A stretch of 64,000 bases of DNA, taken from positions 24,489,352 through 24,553,351 of the forward strand of contig NC_069001.1 of the NCBI RefSeq assembly GCF_001194135.2. Direction: 5' to 3'. Position numbers and translations under genes: made by a program. Each line of letters opens with the position of its first letter. Within the stretch, counting starts at the first letter, position 1. This DNA comes from Octopus bimaculoides (Eukaryota). The notes under the pieces were generated by a model. It was not told the origin of the DNA. It did not search any database and saw nothing but the letters and a program-made list of their open reading frames with translations. Shown here piece after piece: positions 11,469 through 24,394 of the stretch.

Positions 11469-12232
11469 CTATTGGTGTCATAAGAATTTTTCAACTTCAA
11501 GGGAATGTGATTTATTTCATTTCAACAGTTAATTTCAAAGTATGAAACCACTTACCCATGGGATAACATTTGAATTTTTGTATTCAAAGTGGTTTTTTTT
11601 TTACACCAAAATTACACGCAATCTTGTTATAACTTTTCTCCTTCAAATTCACTCATGGAAAATGGATGTTAAACGACAAAGACAACAATGATGATGTAAT
11701 GATGATGACAACGATGACGACGACGATGATGCTGGCACCACCGATAATGATATCCACACACACACGCATATGTTGTGTGAGATGTTCCATATTCTTCCAG
11801 TTTATTCTATTTTATTGACATAGACATTGTTGTCATAAATATAAATAATTTAAGTTTGAATAATTTATTAGAGCAATCTTACTGAGAAAGTGTTGCTTTT
11901 TACATGAATTCATGTAATTATTCTGCTGTGCAAGTATATCTATTATTTACTTTAGATGTGTGTGTGTGTGTCTGTATGTGTGTCGATTTGTGTGTGTGTG
12001 TGTAAATGTATGTGGTTGTGTTTGTGCACATGAAGATGGGATGTTCTGAGAAGTGAGTTATAATGTAACATGGCTAAGAAAGCAATGTACTGAGACATAC
12101 ATGAAACAGACATAAAGAGACTTAAATAAATTCTTATACTGAGACAGACAGACAGAGAGACAAAGAGACAACCCCAATAGATAAATTGGTAGACAGATAG
12201 ACAGACAAACATATAGACAGATATACATATAA

Positions 12233-12295
12233 TGAGGTGCTGAAAAGTTCTTGGCTTTGAGTAAAAGAAAATACAGGAGGATCAGTTAATTATAA
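12233..12295. mobile_element. Mariner-type MITE end fragment
   Basis: GAGGTGCTGAAAAGTTCTTGGCTTTG...GGAGGATCAGTTAATTAT; related to 62516-62692. Confidence 0.55.
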
Positions 12296-12391
12296 TATAT
12301 CAATAAAAAATTGAACTAATTAATAAAGTTTACTTGATGAGGAGGCTGTGTAAGAATGAGATGCTCTTATATATGGAGATATGGTGTCAAT

Positions 12392-12865
12392 GTTGTTGTT
12401 GGCACTCCGTCGCTTATGACGTCGAGGGTTCCAGCTGATCCAATCAACGGAACAGCCTGCTCGTGAAATTAACGTGCAAGTGGCTGAGCACTCCACAGAC
12501 ACGTGTACCCTTAACGTAGTTCTTGGGGATATTCAGCATGACACAGTGTGACAAGGCTGNNNNNNNNNNGGCTGAGCACTCCACAGACACGTGTACCCTT
12601 AACGTAGTTCTTGGGGATATTCAGCATGACACAGTGTGACAAGGCTGACCCTTTGAATTACAGGCACAACAGAAACAGGAAGTAAGAGTGAGAGAAAGTT
12701 GTGGGGAAAGAGTACAGCAGGGTTCACCACCATCTCTTGCCGGAGCTTCGTGGAGCTTTAGGTGTTTTACGCTCAATAAACAGTCACAATGCCCGGTCTG
12801 GGAATCAAAACCGCGATCCTATGACTGCGAGTCCGCTGCCCTAACAACCGGGCCATTGCGCCTCC
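12392..12865 (-). mobile_element. SINE family C with 11-bp target-site duplication
   Basis: Flanked by ATGGTGTCAAT (12381-12391) and ATGGTATCAAT (12868-12878). Confidence 0.85.
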
Positions 12866-13702
12866 ACATGGTATCAATACCTGGTTAATATATTTTACTA
12901 TCAGTAAGTCCATCCTTTAGACCCGAAAGTATGTTGATAGCAAAAGATGTTGCATCACTGGAAATATTTGTATGCTGATATATAGTAAGTGCAAGGCTAT
13001 GAGCTGGCAGAATGGTTAGCCTACCAGGCATATAATAACATGGAATATTATAAATCTTTAAAGTTGTTCCAGAATATTGTTTTTATTTGACCAAATTGGT
13101 AACTGGAATCTTCTAAGATAAGTTCCTTCCCTGCAAAAGATGAAATCCCGACTCTCAGTTTAACATACCAAAAAAAAAAAAAAAAAAAAGCTGAGCTACT
13201 TTATAAAGTTTACCTGATGAGGAGGCTGTACAAGAATGAAAGACTATCATATATAAAGATATGTTGTCGATACTTGGTTAATATATTTGACAACTATTAG
13301 TGAGTCTGTCCCTTAGATCCAAAAGTATGTAGATGACAAAATATACAGCATCACTGGAAATATTTGTATCCTAATAAATAGTGAATGTAAATCATTGTAA
13401 AAATATATTCAGTTTGAAAGCTGTAAGATTTTTCCATTCAGTGGAGAAGACATTAGCACGGTGCACCACATTTTGGTAAAACATTTACGAATGACAGGAC
13501 AGATGCCACCATTGTTGCAATGCAATGAGATATGGAAATTAGAGTAGTCACATTTTGATTTTATTATGCCTAGAGATTGATACAGCAATATTCTCAGAGT
13601 ACCCATAATGGATATCATATTTTATGGATGACATTCTACACAGCAGTATAAAGTTTTACACACATACATGTACCATCAGCTACAGACACACACGCATGAG
13701 TA

Positions 13703-13743
<41 letters not shown>

Positions 13744-14137
13744 GCGTGTGTGTGTGTGTGTGTGCGCACATTCTTATTCTGTTATTCTTTTACTTGTTTC
13801 AGCTGTCTGACTGCAGCCATTCTATATAGTCCCACCTCGAAGGGTGTAAGTCAAATGAATTGATCCCTGCATTTATTTTCTTATACGATCGGTGTCTTTT
13901 GCCAAACTGCTAAGTTACAGGGATGTAAACAAACCAACACCAGTTGATAAGCGGTGATGGGGGGATTGGAAATATTTGAATGCTAATACATAGTGAGTGC
14001 AAGGCCTTGAGCTGGCCAGATTGTTAGTATCCTGAGCAGAATGATTGGTTGTATTTCGTCTACCTTTCTTCTGGGGTAATCACTCATATGCATATCTCTA
14101 ATTCCATTCATTAATATTTCCATGTGTTAGGGTGGAC

Positions 14138-14360
14138 CTGGCAGAATCGTTAGCACATAGGGCAAAATTCTTAGCAGTACTTCGTCTGTCTTTACATTCT
14201 GAGTTCAAATTCTGCTGAGGCCGGCTTTGCTTTTCATCCTTTCAGGGTTGATAAAATGAGTACCAGTTGATCCACGGTAGAAGGGGAGGTGGTGGTGTTT
14301 GTGTAACTGACTTACCCCCACCCCTGAAATTACTGGTTTTGTGCCAAAATTTGATATCAA
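14138..14360 (+). mobile_element. SINE family B (head GGCAGAATCGTTAGC; central TTTCATCCTTTCGGGGTCGATAAA domain)
   Basis: B-box GAGTTCAAAT; the central domain resembles the conserved core shared among metazoan SINEs; more copies at 28800-29640, 30790, 33473, 43380, 52265 and 55915. Confidence 0.75.
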
Positions 14361-15049
14361 TATACCTCTATGTGAACAATTCATTCGATACCATTGTGGA
14401 ATATTAGATGAAAGTTCCTTAAAACAAACAACAAAGGCAAGGAATACAATGGTGGTGATGGTAGTGGGGATGGTGGTGGCATTGATGAGGAGGAAGAGCA
14501 GGAGGAAGAGATGAGAAGCAGAAGAGGAGGGCTCACTATAGAAATATAAACTTTAAGAACCTACAAGAGGCAATATATTTAAATACAAATTTGAATTAAT
14601 TTTCATATATGTTATTTTTAATAAATTAAGAAATAAAAATGTCATCTACGACAATAAAAATAGAAAAATAGATAAAGATAAGTATATAAATGACATAATA
14701 GAAGAAGAAAGAAAAGAAAAACAAAAGAAAAAGATATATCAATAATAATATATTTTGTTGCACATATGTAACGCTTTCAGTATGAACCAAAATGAAAGAC
14801 AATCTATTATATACCCAACAATTATATTAGTTGTATAACAATTAACTGACAAACTATGAAACAAAATTGAAGACACACTCTATTATAGATGCAATGTTTA
14901 TATTATTTATATTATTTGCAAGACAATGGACTAACAAACACTATTTTAAATTAACTTCTGTATATAAATGTGTATATGTGTGTGTGTGTGTGTCTCTATA
15001 TGTTTCTACTTTCTCTCTCTGCCTCTCTCTCACACACACACACACATCT

Positions 15050-15380
15050 TGTATCTTTTACTTGTTTCAGTCATTAGACTGCGACCACGCTGGGGCACTG
15101 TCTTGAAAATTTTTCATTTGAATGAATTGACTCAAGGACATTCTTTTTTTAATGTTCTACATATTCTGTTGAGCGACAAAGTTATGAGGACATAAACACA
15201 CCAATACCAGTTATCAAGTGGTGGTGGGGGACAAACACAGATACAAAGACATGCACACACATACACACATATGAAGAGCTTCTTTCAGTTTCCATCTACC
15301 AAATCCACTCACAAGGATTTGCTCAGCCCAAGGCTATAGTACAAGACACTTTCTCAAGGTGCCATGCAGTAGGACTAAAC
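15050..15380 (-). mobile_element. SINE family A
   Basis: Reverse complement of family A body and tail. Confidence 0.75.
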
Positions 15381-15987
15381 CAAGAATCATGTACATACTT
15401 ACATCTACATGTGTATATACATGCATATCAGGGTACAGGACGTTAGAACAATAAACTACAGACAACGGAACGAACACATAGGAAAACGGAAAGCCCCTTG
15501 GAATATCCTTTCATCAGCTGTCTCTATTCTATCTAGACGTTTCGAAGACCAGACAGGACGTACTCTAGAATANNNNNNNNNNNNNNNNNNNNNNNNNNNN
15601 NNNNNNNNNNNNNNNNNNNNNNNNNNNNNNNNNNNNNNNNNNNNNNNNNNNNNNNNNNNNNNNNNNNNNNNNNNNNNNNNNNNNNNNNNNNNNNNNNNNN
15701 NNNNNNNNNNNNNNNNNNNNNNNNNNNNNNNNNNNNNNNNNNNNNNNNNNNNNNNNNNNNNNNNNNNNNNNNNNNNNNNNNNNNNNNNNNNNNNNNNNNN
15801 NNNNNNNNNNNNNNNNNNNNNNNNNNNNNNNNNNNNNNNNNNNNNNNNNNNNNNNNNNNNNNNNNNNNNNNNNNNNNNNNNNNNNNNNNNNNNNNNNNNN
15901 NNNNNNNNNNNNNNNNNNNNNNNNNNNNNNNNNNNNNNNNNNNNNNNNNNNNNNNNNNNNNNNNNNNNNNNNNNNNNNNNNNNNNNN

Positions 15988-16032
<45 letters not shown>

Positions 16033-17128
16033 TAATAATAATAAAATGGCAACAAAAGAATGAATGAGATCTCGATTTTATGTAAATTGAGGAAATTATC
16101 TATAAATATTATATGTGACAGTTAGTTGGTTGTCATAATAAAACTCAGAGTTTCGAATGCCAGGGCTGAAGTCTGTTATTAAGACAAACAAAAACGCTAT
16201 GAAAAATCCGTTGAATAAAGGGAAATTACTCCAATAGCTGTGCGGAAAGCAAAACTTTGTTCACATATTATATATACATATATATATATACTCAACAACT
16301 GTTAGAGAATATGTTAGATTTTTGCAGATAATGAATTTTCTATTAAATACTATATCTCCATTTTCTTAATTTTCTTTTATGCACACACACACACACACAG
16401 ACACTCACACACACACACACACACAAGCACACACACAGACATTCACACACACAAACTCATACACACAAATACTTACACTTATATATATATATATATATCA
16501 GGATCATCATGATCGCCATCATCATTTAAGGTAGATGCTCTACGCTGGCATGGATTGGATGCTTTAACAGGATCTGATGAGTCCAAAAACTTCATCATCC
16601 TCCGAAGTCTGCCTCTATATGTTTTCAAAGGTGAATAAACATCGACAACTAGCAAAGCCATGCCACTGCAGACTGATGATGAGCATTGACTCTGAAATTA
16701 GTCTCTGGATGCTGGCTTTGCTGGGTGGAAGTGCTTATCTTCCCTCTTTGAAAACATAAAGACACAATGTTTGTGTCACATGGCCAACTAGAAACAGTGT
16801 TTCCTGAGGCTAAATAGCTGTAGCATTTTCCCCTTTCCTGGGACTGCCATATTAAGTTGGCAACAAACCATCACAAGATGACAACAAAAGAATGAATGAG
16901 ACCTCGATTTTATGTAAATAGAGGAATTTATAGGTTCTTTTAGTGTATTTACTTATCAAATTTTTCTATATATGACTGTAGATTTTCATGGATGAATTCA
17001 AGAATTGTGTTTTCTTTTCTCTAAATTATATATTACATATTGTGAAATTTAATTTAATTTTAATTTTGATAAATTAAATCAAATTGAATTTTTACCTGTA
17101 AATTTGGATTTTTATCCCTAATATTATT

Positions 17129-17165
<37 letters not shown>

Positions 17166-17635
17166 ACACATGCATACACATATTTAGCATTTTACAGTCA
17201 TTGGACACTTGTGGAACTTTGTTGAATGCAATTTCTTTGTCATGACAATAAGAAGGATTTTCAGTTTATTTAATTTCATGAAAGATTTACAAATGGTGTT
17301 TTTGCATAACAGAACAATATTGTAACTAGATTATGTTCTACAACATTTTTTTATTTTATTGATATATAAGTAACCATAATAGATAAGAATTCTCAAAGTA
17401 GAAATGACATGTGTCTCTTCATTTATACCTTTGCCGATATTCCAACTTCTCAAGAATCAAATTCTTACAGTCAGAAAAGATACAACTTCAAAAGAAATTA
17501 TGCATTTCATAATTATATATAAACTTCTAACAATAGTATTATTTCCAAAATAACTAAAATTTCAACAAGAAATAAATTCTACCAGAAATAAACAGATGAA
17601 TAGATAAAGCAAGATGGCAGAAAATATATAGGAAT

Positions 17636-17792
17636 ATAGGTGCTGGCATGTGTGGTAAGAAGCTTGGTTCCCAAACACACCGTTCAGGGTTCAGTCTCAC
17701 TGTATGGTATCTTAGGCAAGTGTCTTCTACTATAGCTTCAGGCCATCTAAAGCCTTGTAAGTGGATTTGGTAGATGGAAACTGAAAGAAGCA

Positions 17793-17835
<43 letters not shown>

Positions 17836-17907
17836 TGTACATATATATATATGTGTGTGTGTGTGTGTATATATATATATTTATCTCTCTCTCTCTCNNN
17901 NNNNNNN

Positions 17908-17945
<38 letters not shown>

Positions 17946-17990
17946 TGTGTGTGTTTATGTGTGTCTTTGTTTCTGTGTTTGTCCCCCTCA
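17636..17990 (+). mobile_element. SINE family A 5' half with central microsatellite and gap
   Basis: GGCATGTGTGGTAAGAAGCTTGGTTCCCAAAC...GGGTTCAGTC. Confidence 0.75.
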
Positions 17991-17992
17991 AA

Positions 17993-18105
17993 TTCTTTTA
18001 CTTCCGACATATGTTTCGAAGACAACATTGGTATTATTCCTTTGGTATTATTCCTTTGGAATAATACCAATGTTGTCTTCGAAGCATATGTTGGAAGTAA
18101 AAGGA
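17993..18105. repeat. 48-bp inverted repeat (fold-back) of a hammerhead 3' half
   Basis: Left arm 17993-18040 and right arm 18058-18105 are reverse complements with 3 mismatches; same family as 41189-41425. Confidence 0.9.
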
Positions 18106-19454
18106 TTTGGATAACACCAGCATTTAACTCCATTTATTTATTTATACTATACAAACTACTGCACATTAACACAGAGTTTCTGCCTTTGAACAGGTTGCTA
18201 CATCCTTATTAATTGTGTGAATTTTGCGACCCTGGTAACTGCATATTGAATTTTCCGTGTTAACTGTAAACAAAAGAAAATTCACTCATCCATTTATATA
18301 TATATATATATATTGATGCGACGACCAAAAATACAGTTGGCATTATATCCCTATCTCCCGGGCTGGGTTTTGAACCCGTACTCTGGTCAGTTGGGGAGAA
18401 TGGTATTTCCTTTGTCTCGTCAGCAACCACAGCTATTTTTAGCGTAGCTGCCCCTTTTCGGTCAGCGAAAGTTCAAAAACGGCAGGATAGGAATGTACCG
18501 ACCGACCCATCTTGGCAGGGGGTAGAGTAGCACAATGAGCTATGGTATTTGGGATGAATAGGAGGACAGAAATTGGCGGCCAAGGAATTAGCAGAGAATT
18601 TGGCAGTGNNNNNNNNNNNNNNNNNNNNNNNNNNNNNNNNNNNNNNNNNNNNNNNNNNNNNNNNNNNNNNNNNNNNNNNNNNNNNNNNNNNNNNNNNNNN
18701 NNNNNNNNNNNNNNNNNNNNNNNNNNNNNNNNNNNNNNNNNNNNNNNNNNNNNNNNNNNNNNNNNNNNNNNNNNNNNNNNNNNNNNNNNNNNNNNNNNNN
18801 NNNNNNNNNNNNNNNNNNNNNNNNNNNNNNNNNNNNNNNNNNNNNNNNNNNNNNNNNNNNNNNNNNNNNNNNNNNNNNNNNNNNNNNNNNNNNNNNNNNN
18901 NNNNNNNNNNNNNNNNNNNNNNNNNNNNNNNNNNNNNNNNNNNNNNNNNNNNNNNNNNNNNNNNNNNNNNNNNNNNNNNNNNNNNNNNNNNNNNNNNNNN
19001 NNNNNNNNNNNNNNNNNNNNNNNNNNNNNNNNNNNNNNNNNNNNNNNNNNNNNNNNNNNNNNNNNNNNNNNNNNNNNNNNNNNNNNNNNNNNNNNNNNNN
19101 NNNNNNNNNNNNNNNNNNNNNNNNNNNNNNNNNNNNNNNNNNNNNNNNNNNNNNNNNNNNNNNNNNNNNNNNNNNNNNAAATACTTTTATATTATTTTAG
19201 AGAAAAAGAACTCTGAGTTGTTAACTGTGTTGTTAAATGCTTCTAAAAGAAAGGAAAAGAAAAGAAATACAAAAGAAAGAAGCAGAAGAACTTTGTTGTC
19301 AAATGAAACTTGAGACACGAACTTTGCGATGTAAAAATGATTGGAAAGCTTGTAATTGTTTGGAAACTTTGTCAACGTTATTGAACTGTTATGCCATGTA
19401 TTGAAATTGTTATTATGTAATGCTCTATTCTAATGTTTTAAATGTATTCTGTGA

Positions 19455-19688
19455 TGTTATATATGTAAAAAGAAAAGGTTACCCAACGCATGGTCTTTGT
19501 GTTGTTTCTTCCTCCCCTCCTATTTGCCTGTGTTGTTCTTCGTTACGTGCTCCAGCCGGGGCTTTATTATCGGTCAGGATTATACCGACAGACGAATTTG
19601 CAAGCTCACTGAGCGTATGAACGTTCGCGCGTGCGCGAGTCCCCTCCTCGGTGTTGAGGAGGTGCTTCGCGTGCGGGCGTTCGTAACA
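19455..19688 (-). mobile_element. Possible solo LTR
   Basis: TGTTA...TAACA termini, TATAA and AATAAA on the minus strand, GC-rich internal hairpin; no TSD, PBS or PPT found. Confidence 0.3.
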
Positions 19689-20377
19689 ATATTAATGTTT
19701 CACTTAAGCATGGCAATAGTAATAACATGTTATAAGTAACTCAGTATGCAGATGCTTCAGAATGAAATGACAGTTGAGCACAGACCATAATATGAAATTA
19801 GGTAAATGACAACGGAACAGGAAATTATGCATTGAACTTCATTAACTTATATACTTAATTAAACACACACACACACACACACAGATAGATATACATATAT
19901 GATTTCTAATTATAAATCAACATGAAGCCAGAGTATTCATTGCTTAATACATTGCCACCATATATAATAAGCCAGCAAGAATATTCCTATACATTCTCTT
20001 GTTACATGTTTCTTTGTACAGGAAAATGGAAGATAATTGTTGCTGTGTTCAACTGCAGCATGACAGTGATATTAATGTAACACACCCAGAACTGCATCAG
20101 GATAGAGATAAAAACATAAAAAAGCCAAGTGAGAAATGTGTCAGAATTGATGCCACAAAGAATAACCTGGTCCTGTTAAAGAATTACTGAAAGAAAGTCT
20201 GTGATGAAATGCATATTGTTGCAGAAAGATTTTCAGATAAAGAATCTAATATGGTTTGATGTAATGGGATTAAAAAACCAAAAATATCATAAGGATTAGA
20301 TGTCATTAATTTTTTTATACTCGTATTGAAAGAGCGTCTAGTTGTTTCATTGTTGTAATTTGGTTGTTGTAGTTCAT

Positions 20378-20530
<153 letters not shown>

Positions 20531-20599
20531 GTGTGAGTGTGTGTATATATGGATGGCTTAGCTGGGTGAAACTTTGAAGAGTTTTCTTTTCTTTTTTTT

Positions 20600-20935
20600 T
20601 ATTTGCTTCAGTCGTTTGACTGCGGCCATGCTGGAGCACCGCCTTAGGTGGTTTTAGTCAAAGAAATCGACCCCGGGGCTTGTTCTTTGTAAGTCTTGTG
20701 CTGATTCTAGATTCTATTGGATCTTTTACTGAACCGCTAAGTTACGGGTACACACAAACATTGATTATCAAGTGATTGCGGTGTGACACACACACATACA
20801 TACATGCACACAATGAGTTTCTTTCAGTTTCTGTCTATCAAATCCACTCACAAGGCTTTGGTATAATAGAAGACACTTACCCAAGGTGCCACGCGGTGGG
20901 ATTGAACCAAGAACCATGTGGTAAAAAAGCAATCT
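20600..20935 (-). mobile_element. SINE family A
   Basis: CAGTCGTTTGACTGCGGCCATGCTGGAGCACCGCC...CCAAGGTGCCACGCGGTGGGATTGAACC. Confidence 0.8.
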
Positions 20936-22136
20936 GTCATTGCCTCCCTTGAGGCCCAACACTCGAAAGGTGCGTGGCACTTATGTTTATTGCCCACAAG
21001 GGGCTACACATAGAGGGGACAAAGTTGGAAACATATACATACATACATACATACATATATAAAAAAAAGCAACACGGATTTTAAAGGTTATTGCAGTACA
21101 CACGTTTCATGCTACTCAATTTATTTAAGTAATGTGGATTTTCAAGGTGAGTTCCGAATGGTTGTATGCAAATGAGTTCATTACTGGGGTCGGGAACTCT
21201 CGTCGGAAAAAAAATTTCGCTGGCGGCTCTGATGTCTACAGCAGGCTGCGAAATTGGGGGCAAATTTTACTGTATTTATTGACTGTATTCACGGAAAGTG
21301 TAGACGAGACACTGAACTATCATGTGAACAATAATCATTGATTGGATAACAGTTGGATTTTGCGCGCATGATCGGAATGTGATTTCTATGTGTCAGAACG
21401 TGAAATCGAATCCAATTGTTATATGCGTAAGGCTTTGATCAACTTGTGTCTGTTCTTGAAACCACTTCCTCAGCCGTTGCACAGCGGCATCAAACTCAAA
21501 GTTACGTAGCTGTGAAGTCTACTTGTTAATAGAGCAAAGCTTGTGATATAGATTCTTTCTGAGGATGTCAAAAGAGTGAGATTGGGTGACGAATGTTAAT
21601 GTTGAGGTGAATTATTAACTGACTTTTGGCGAATGTAAAGGAAGCCAGAGTGCTGAGCATGGAACGGTGAACTTATTGTATATTTAAACATGAAAAGGTT
21701 CCCAGGGACAAAAACATCAAAATATTACGTAAATGAGATATTAGCGAATCTATCAGGGTGGATAAAGCTAAAAGGGCTATTCTGATGAGGTCGTTTCATC
21801 TGCTAGAAATAAAAGCCAAATCTTTCTTGAATTATACTCTACTCTCTTAAAAACGAAAGGATACATTGGATAATGTAGTCCACTGAATGAAAAAGAGAAA
21901 TATATATAAAAAAAAAAGACAGGATGATCACAGCTGGAGTGTCTTTGATCATTGGTCTGTCTAATCAGGACAGCAACAACAACAACTTCATGGTCGTCGT
22001 CGTCATCATCATCAACAGCAGCAGTAACAACAACAACAACAGCAGCAACAACAAGAGTCAGTAATGTTGATGAAAGAAGAATAAAAATCAATCAGAACAC
22101 AATCAGCAGAGGAGAAAAATATTATAATTCTAAATG

Positions 22137-22480
22137 AACAATATCTAAGGGAAATGGAAGAAGTGAGCTGGAAGAAATCAAAAGATAAACTTCCAAGAAG
22201 TGAGAGAACTGAACATTTAATTATTATATTGGCAGCAGAAGAAAAGCTGATTAGACGAAACTAAATTGAGTCTAGTTATGAATAGATGAAATGCATGCAT
22301 GAACGTGGTAAATGTGGAAATATGTGTAGATAGAGATGAAGCGATTAACCATTCGATTAGTGAATAGGGTAGACTGGCTGACAGAGATTATAAAAGAACA
22401 GAGGATCTGATGGTGAACAATGTAAGAAATATAATATCAATGTAGAGACAAAAGTATGAAGATTGGCCAGGAATAATAAC
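22137..22480 (+). mobile_element. Highly decayed R4/Dong-like non-LTR fragment (zinc-knuckle region)
   Basis: QYLREMEEVSWKK...TEHLIIILAAEEKLIRRN...CVDRDEAINHSISE*GRLADRDYKR resembles the TEGLIxAAQEQALRTN...CRxC...ETxxHIxSxC motif. Confidence 0.55.
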
Positions 22481-23639
22481 AAAGAACACTGAAACTATAT
22501 TTCAACAGATCTTTCTGTTATTGATTTCCTTTATCTTTTTACTGTTTTACTGTTTTGAGTCACTGGACTGCGGTCATAGTAGAGGTGGGGGTGGGTGGGG
22601 AGGGAGGGCACTGTGTTTAAGTATCTTGGTTAAATCGATCGACTTCCATTTTTAGTTCATTCTGGTACTTGGTTTATTGACCTTTATTTATTGAAACGCC
22701 AAGTTGAGAGACAGGAAAAGATAACGTAAGCTCAACGCTTCTTTTAAACGGGGTAAAATTAGTTAGGGGCACTTACGTTGCTCCCTCAAAATACATATAC
22801 AGCTATAAAGGTAAGCGTATAAGTGTGTGTATGTATGTGTGTGCGCACGTGCGTATGTTGATGTGCGTGTGTGTTATCTTGTGGTCTCATCTCTTGATAG
22901 AGGATTTGGGTCGCTGAATGACATACAGCATGTGTAGGGCATTTTTAAACCTCGCAAAGCCATCCCTCTGCTAGTCTGATCACAGCTGATTTCTTCCAGA
23001 AATAGCGAGAGAAACAATCTGGTAGATACATAGATAGATGGATAGATAGAAATATCCGGTGAGAGAGAGCCTAGCTACCCCAGGACAGGACTGGGGTTTG
23101 TCGGTACTGGAAGAATAAAGGGTGAAATTGACCTCAGCATTATTTAGCTGAAAGAGTAGAGAGCTGGAAGGAATAATGCAAGGCAATCTATTCGACGACC
23201 AGCTATCTCGGCTAACTTCCCATCTTAATTTATGTATTCAAGACTATGTATCTAAGCATATATTGAATTGCATGCTTGCATTAATGCCTGTCTCTTACTA
23301 TTAGAATCCCTACATCGTCCTCTAAGAGACAAGCATTAATGCAGGCATACATTAATGCTTGTCGCTTACTATTAGAATGCCAACATCGGCTTTATGGGAG
23401 CATAACTATAACTTGAAATGATATTGTGGAGCAAATTCAACAGGATGTTCGGGCTCCATTTGACGATTTATAGTCTCCTTTTTCCAGAAACAGCTTGATG
23501 ACCTTGGTGAACAGTCAACAGTGTTGGAGAGTATGAAGATTAAAGTAGTTATTGTTGTCACGATGATTGGCGCTGGATATCAAAATTCCGACATCATGAC
23601 TGCTGTAAAAGGTGTAGCATGTGACATGGACATCACGGA

Positions 23640-24133
23640 AGCCAAATAACCCTATTACCCTAAACTTTGATGGGCTTTGGGTGTGTCTCCAGTGAGGGTG
23701 ATGTTATGCCACCTCATATCTTTGAACGAGGCCTTAGGCTCAATTCAGAGAGCTATGTGAAGCTGCTGGAGACTGTAATCAAACCCTGACTGGAGAGAGT
23801 TGCTGCTGGAAGGCCATATGCGTAACAGCAGGATTCAGCTCCTCGTCTTACATCTGGAAAGAGTCAGAAGTGGTGGTCGGAGAATTTCTACGACTTCATC
23901 AGCCCAATTTTTGACCTCCAAATTTTTTCCCGATTGCAATTCCATGGATTACTGTGTGAACGGCGCAATTCAGAAAGACAGTAACTTTTCTTCCTGCAAC
24001 ACCAAGGCCGAATCGGTGATCAAGATTGGAGGTATTCAAAGATCTTTCCAGGGACGAAGTGAGGAACGCATGTGCCAGGTTTCCGAGCCGTCTTGAGGCC
24101 GTGGTGGAAACTAAAAGCGGCTGCTTTGAGTAA
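23640..24133 (+). mobile_element. Tc1/mariner DD37D (maT-like) transposase fragment
   Basis: GCVSSEGDVMPPHIFERGLRLNSESYVKLLE...QQDSAP...PPN..PDCNSMDY; same family as 44263-45340. Confidence 0.85.
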
Positions 24134-24159
24134 ACTGTTACCTCCATCTTGTTACACCA

Positions 24160-24394
24160 AACGGGGCCTATAGACCCCTTTGATTCTTATTTTACTCGGA
24201 TGGACTCTCTTAGCAATTTAATGTTTCAAAAATCCTATATTTTTAGAATTAAATATTGTTAGGAATTGAATCATAAAATTGCTAAAATATTTTGTATATT
24301 GTAGAAGTATAACCAAATTATTACAGATAAATTTTAACAACAAAATCTTATATGGATCTCCAGCTGTCACGTGGACTCCGGTTGAGAACCACTG
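24160..24394 (-). mobile_element. hAT-type MITE fragment with one TIR
   Basis: Ends in GGTTGAGAACCACTG (reverse complement CAGTGGTTCTCAACC, a hAT/Charlie-like terminus). Confidence 0.55.

Noticed and set aside
12484-12646. 76-bp direct duplication inside a SINE
   Set aside because: Identical copies sit on either side of an N gap; most likely a contig-overlap assembly artefact
13205-13375. CUGAUGA GGAGGCUGUA...UACAGC...GAAAU AUUU GUA in the duplicated unit
   Set aside because: No stem I complementarity in either copy
15505-15550. Permuted GAAACGUC...CUGAUGA motif (minus strand), similar arrangement at 46031-46085
   Set aside because: Stem I cannot form, and the apparent stem II pairs with core bases; probably PLE-end relics but not supportable as ribozymes
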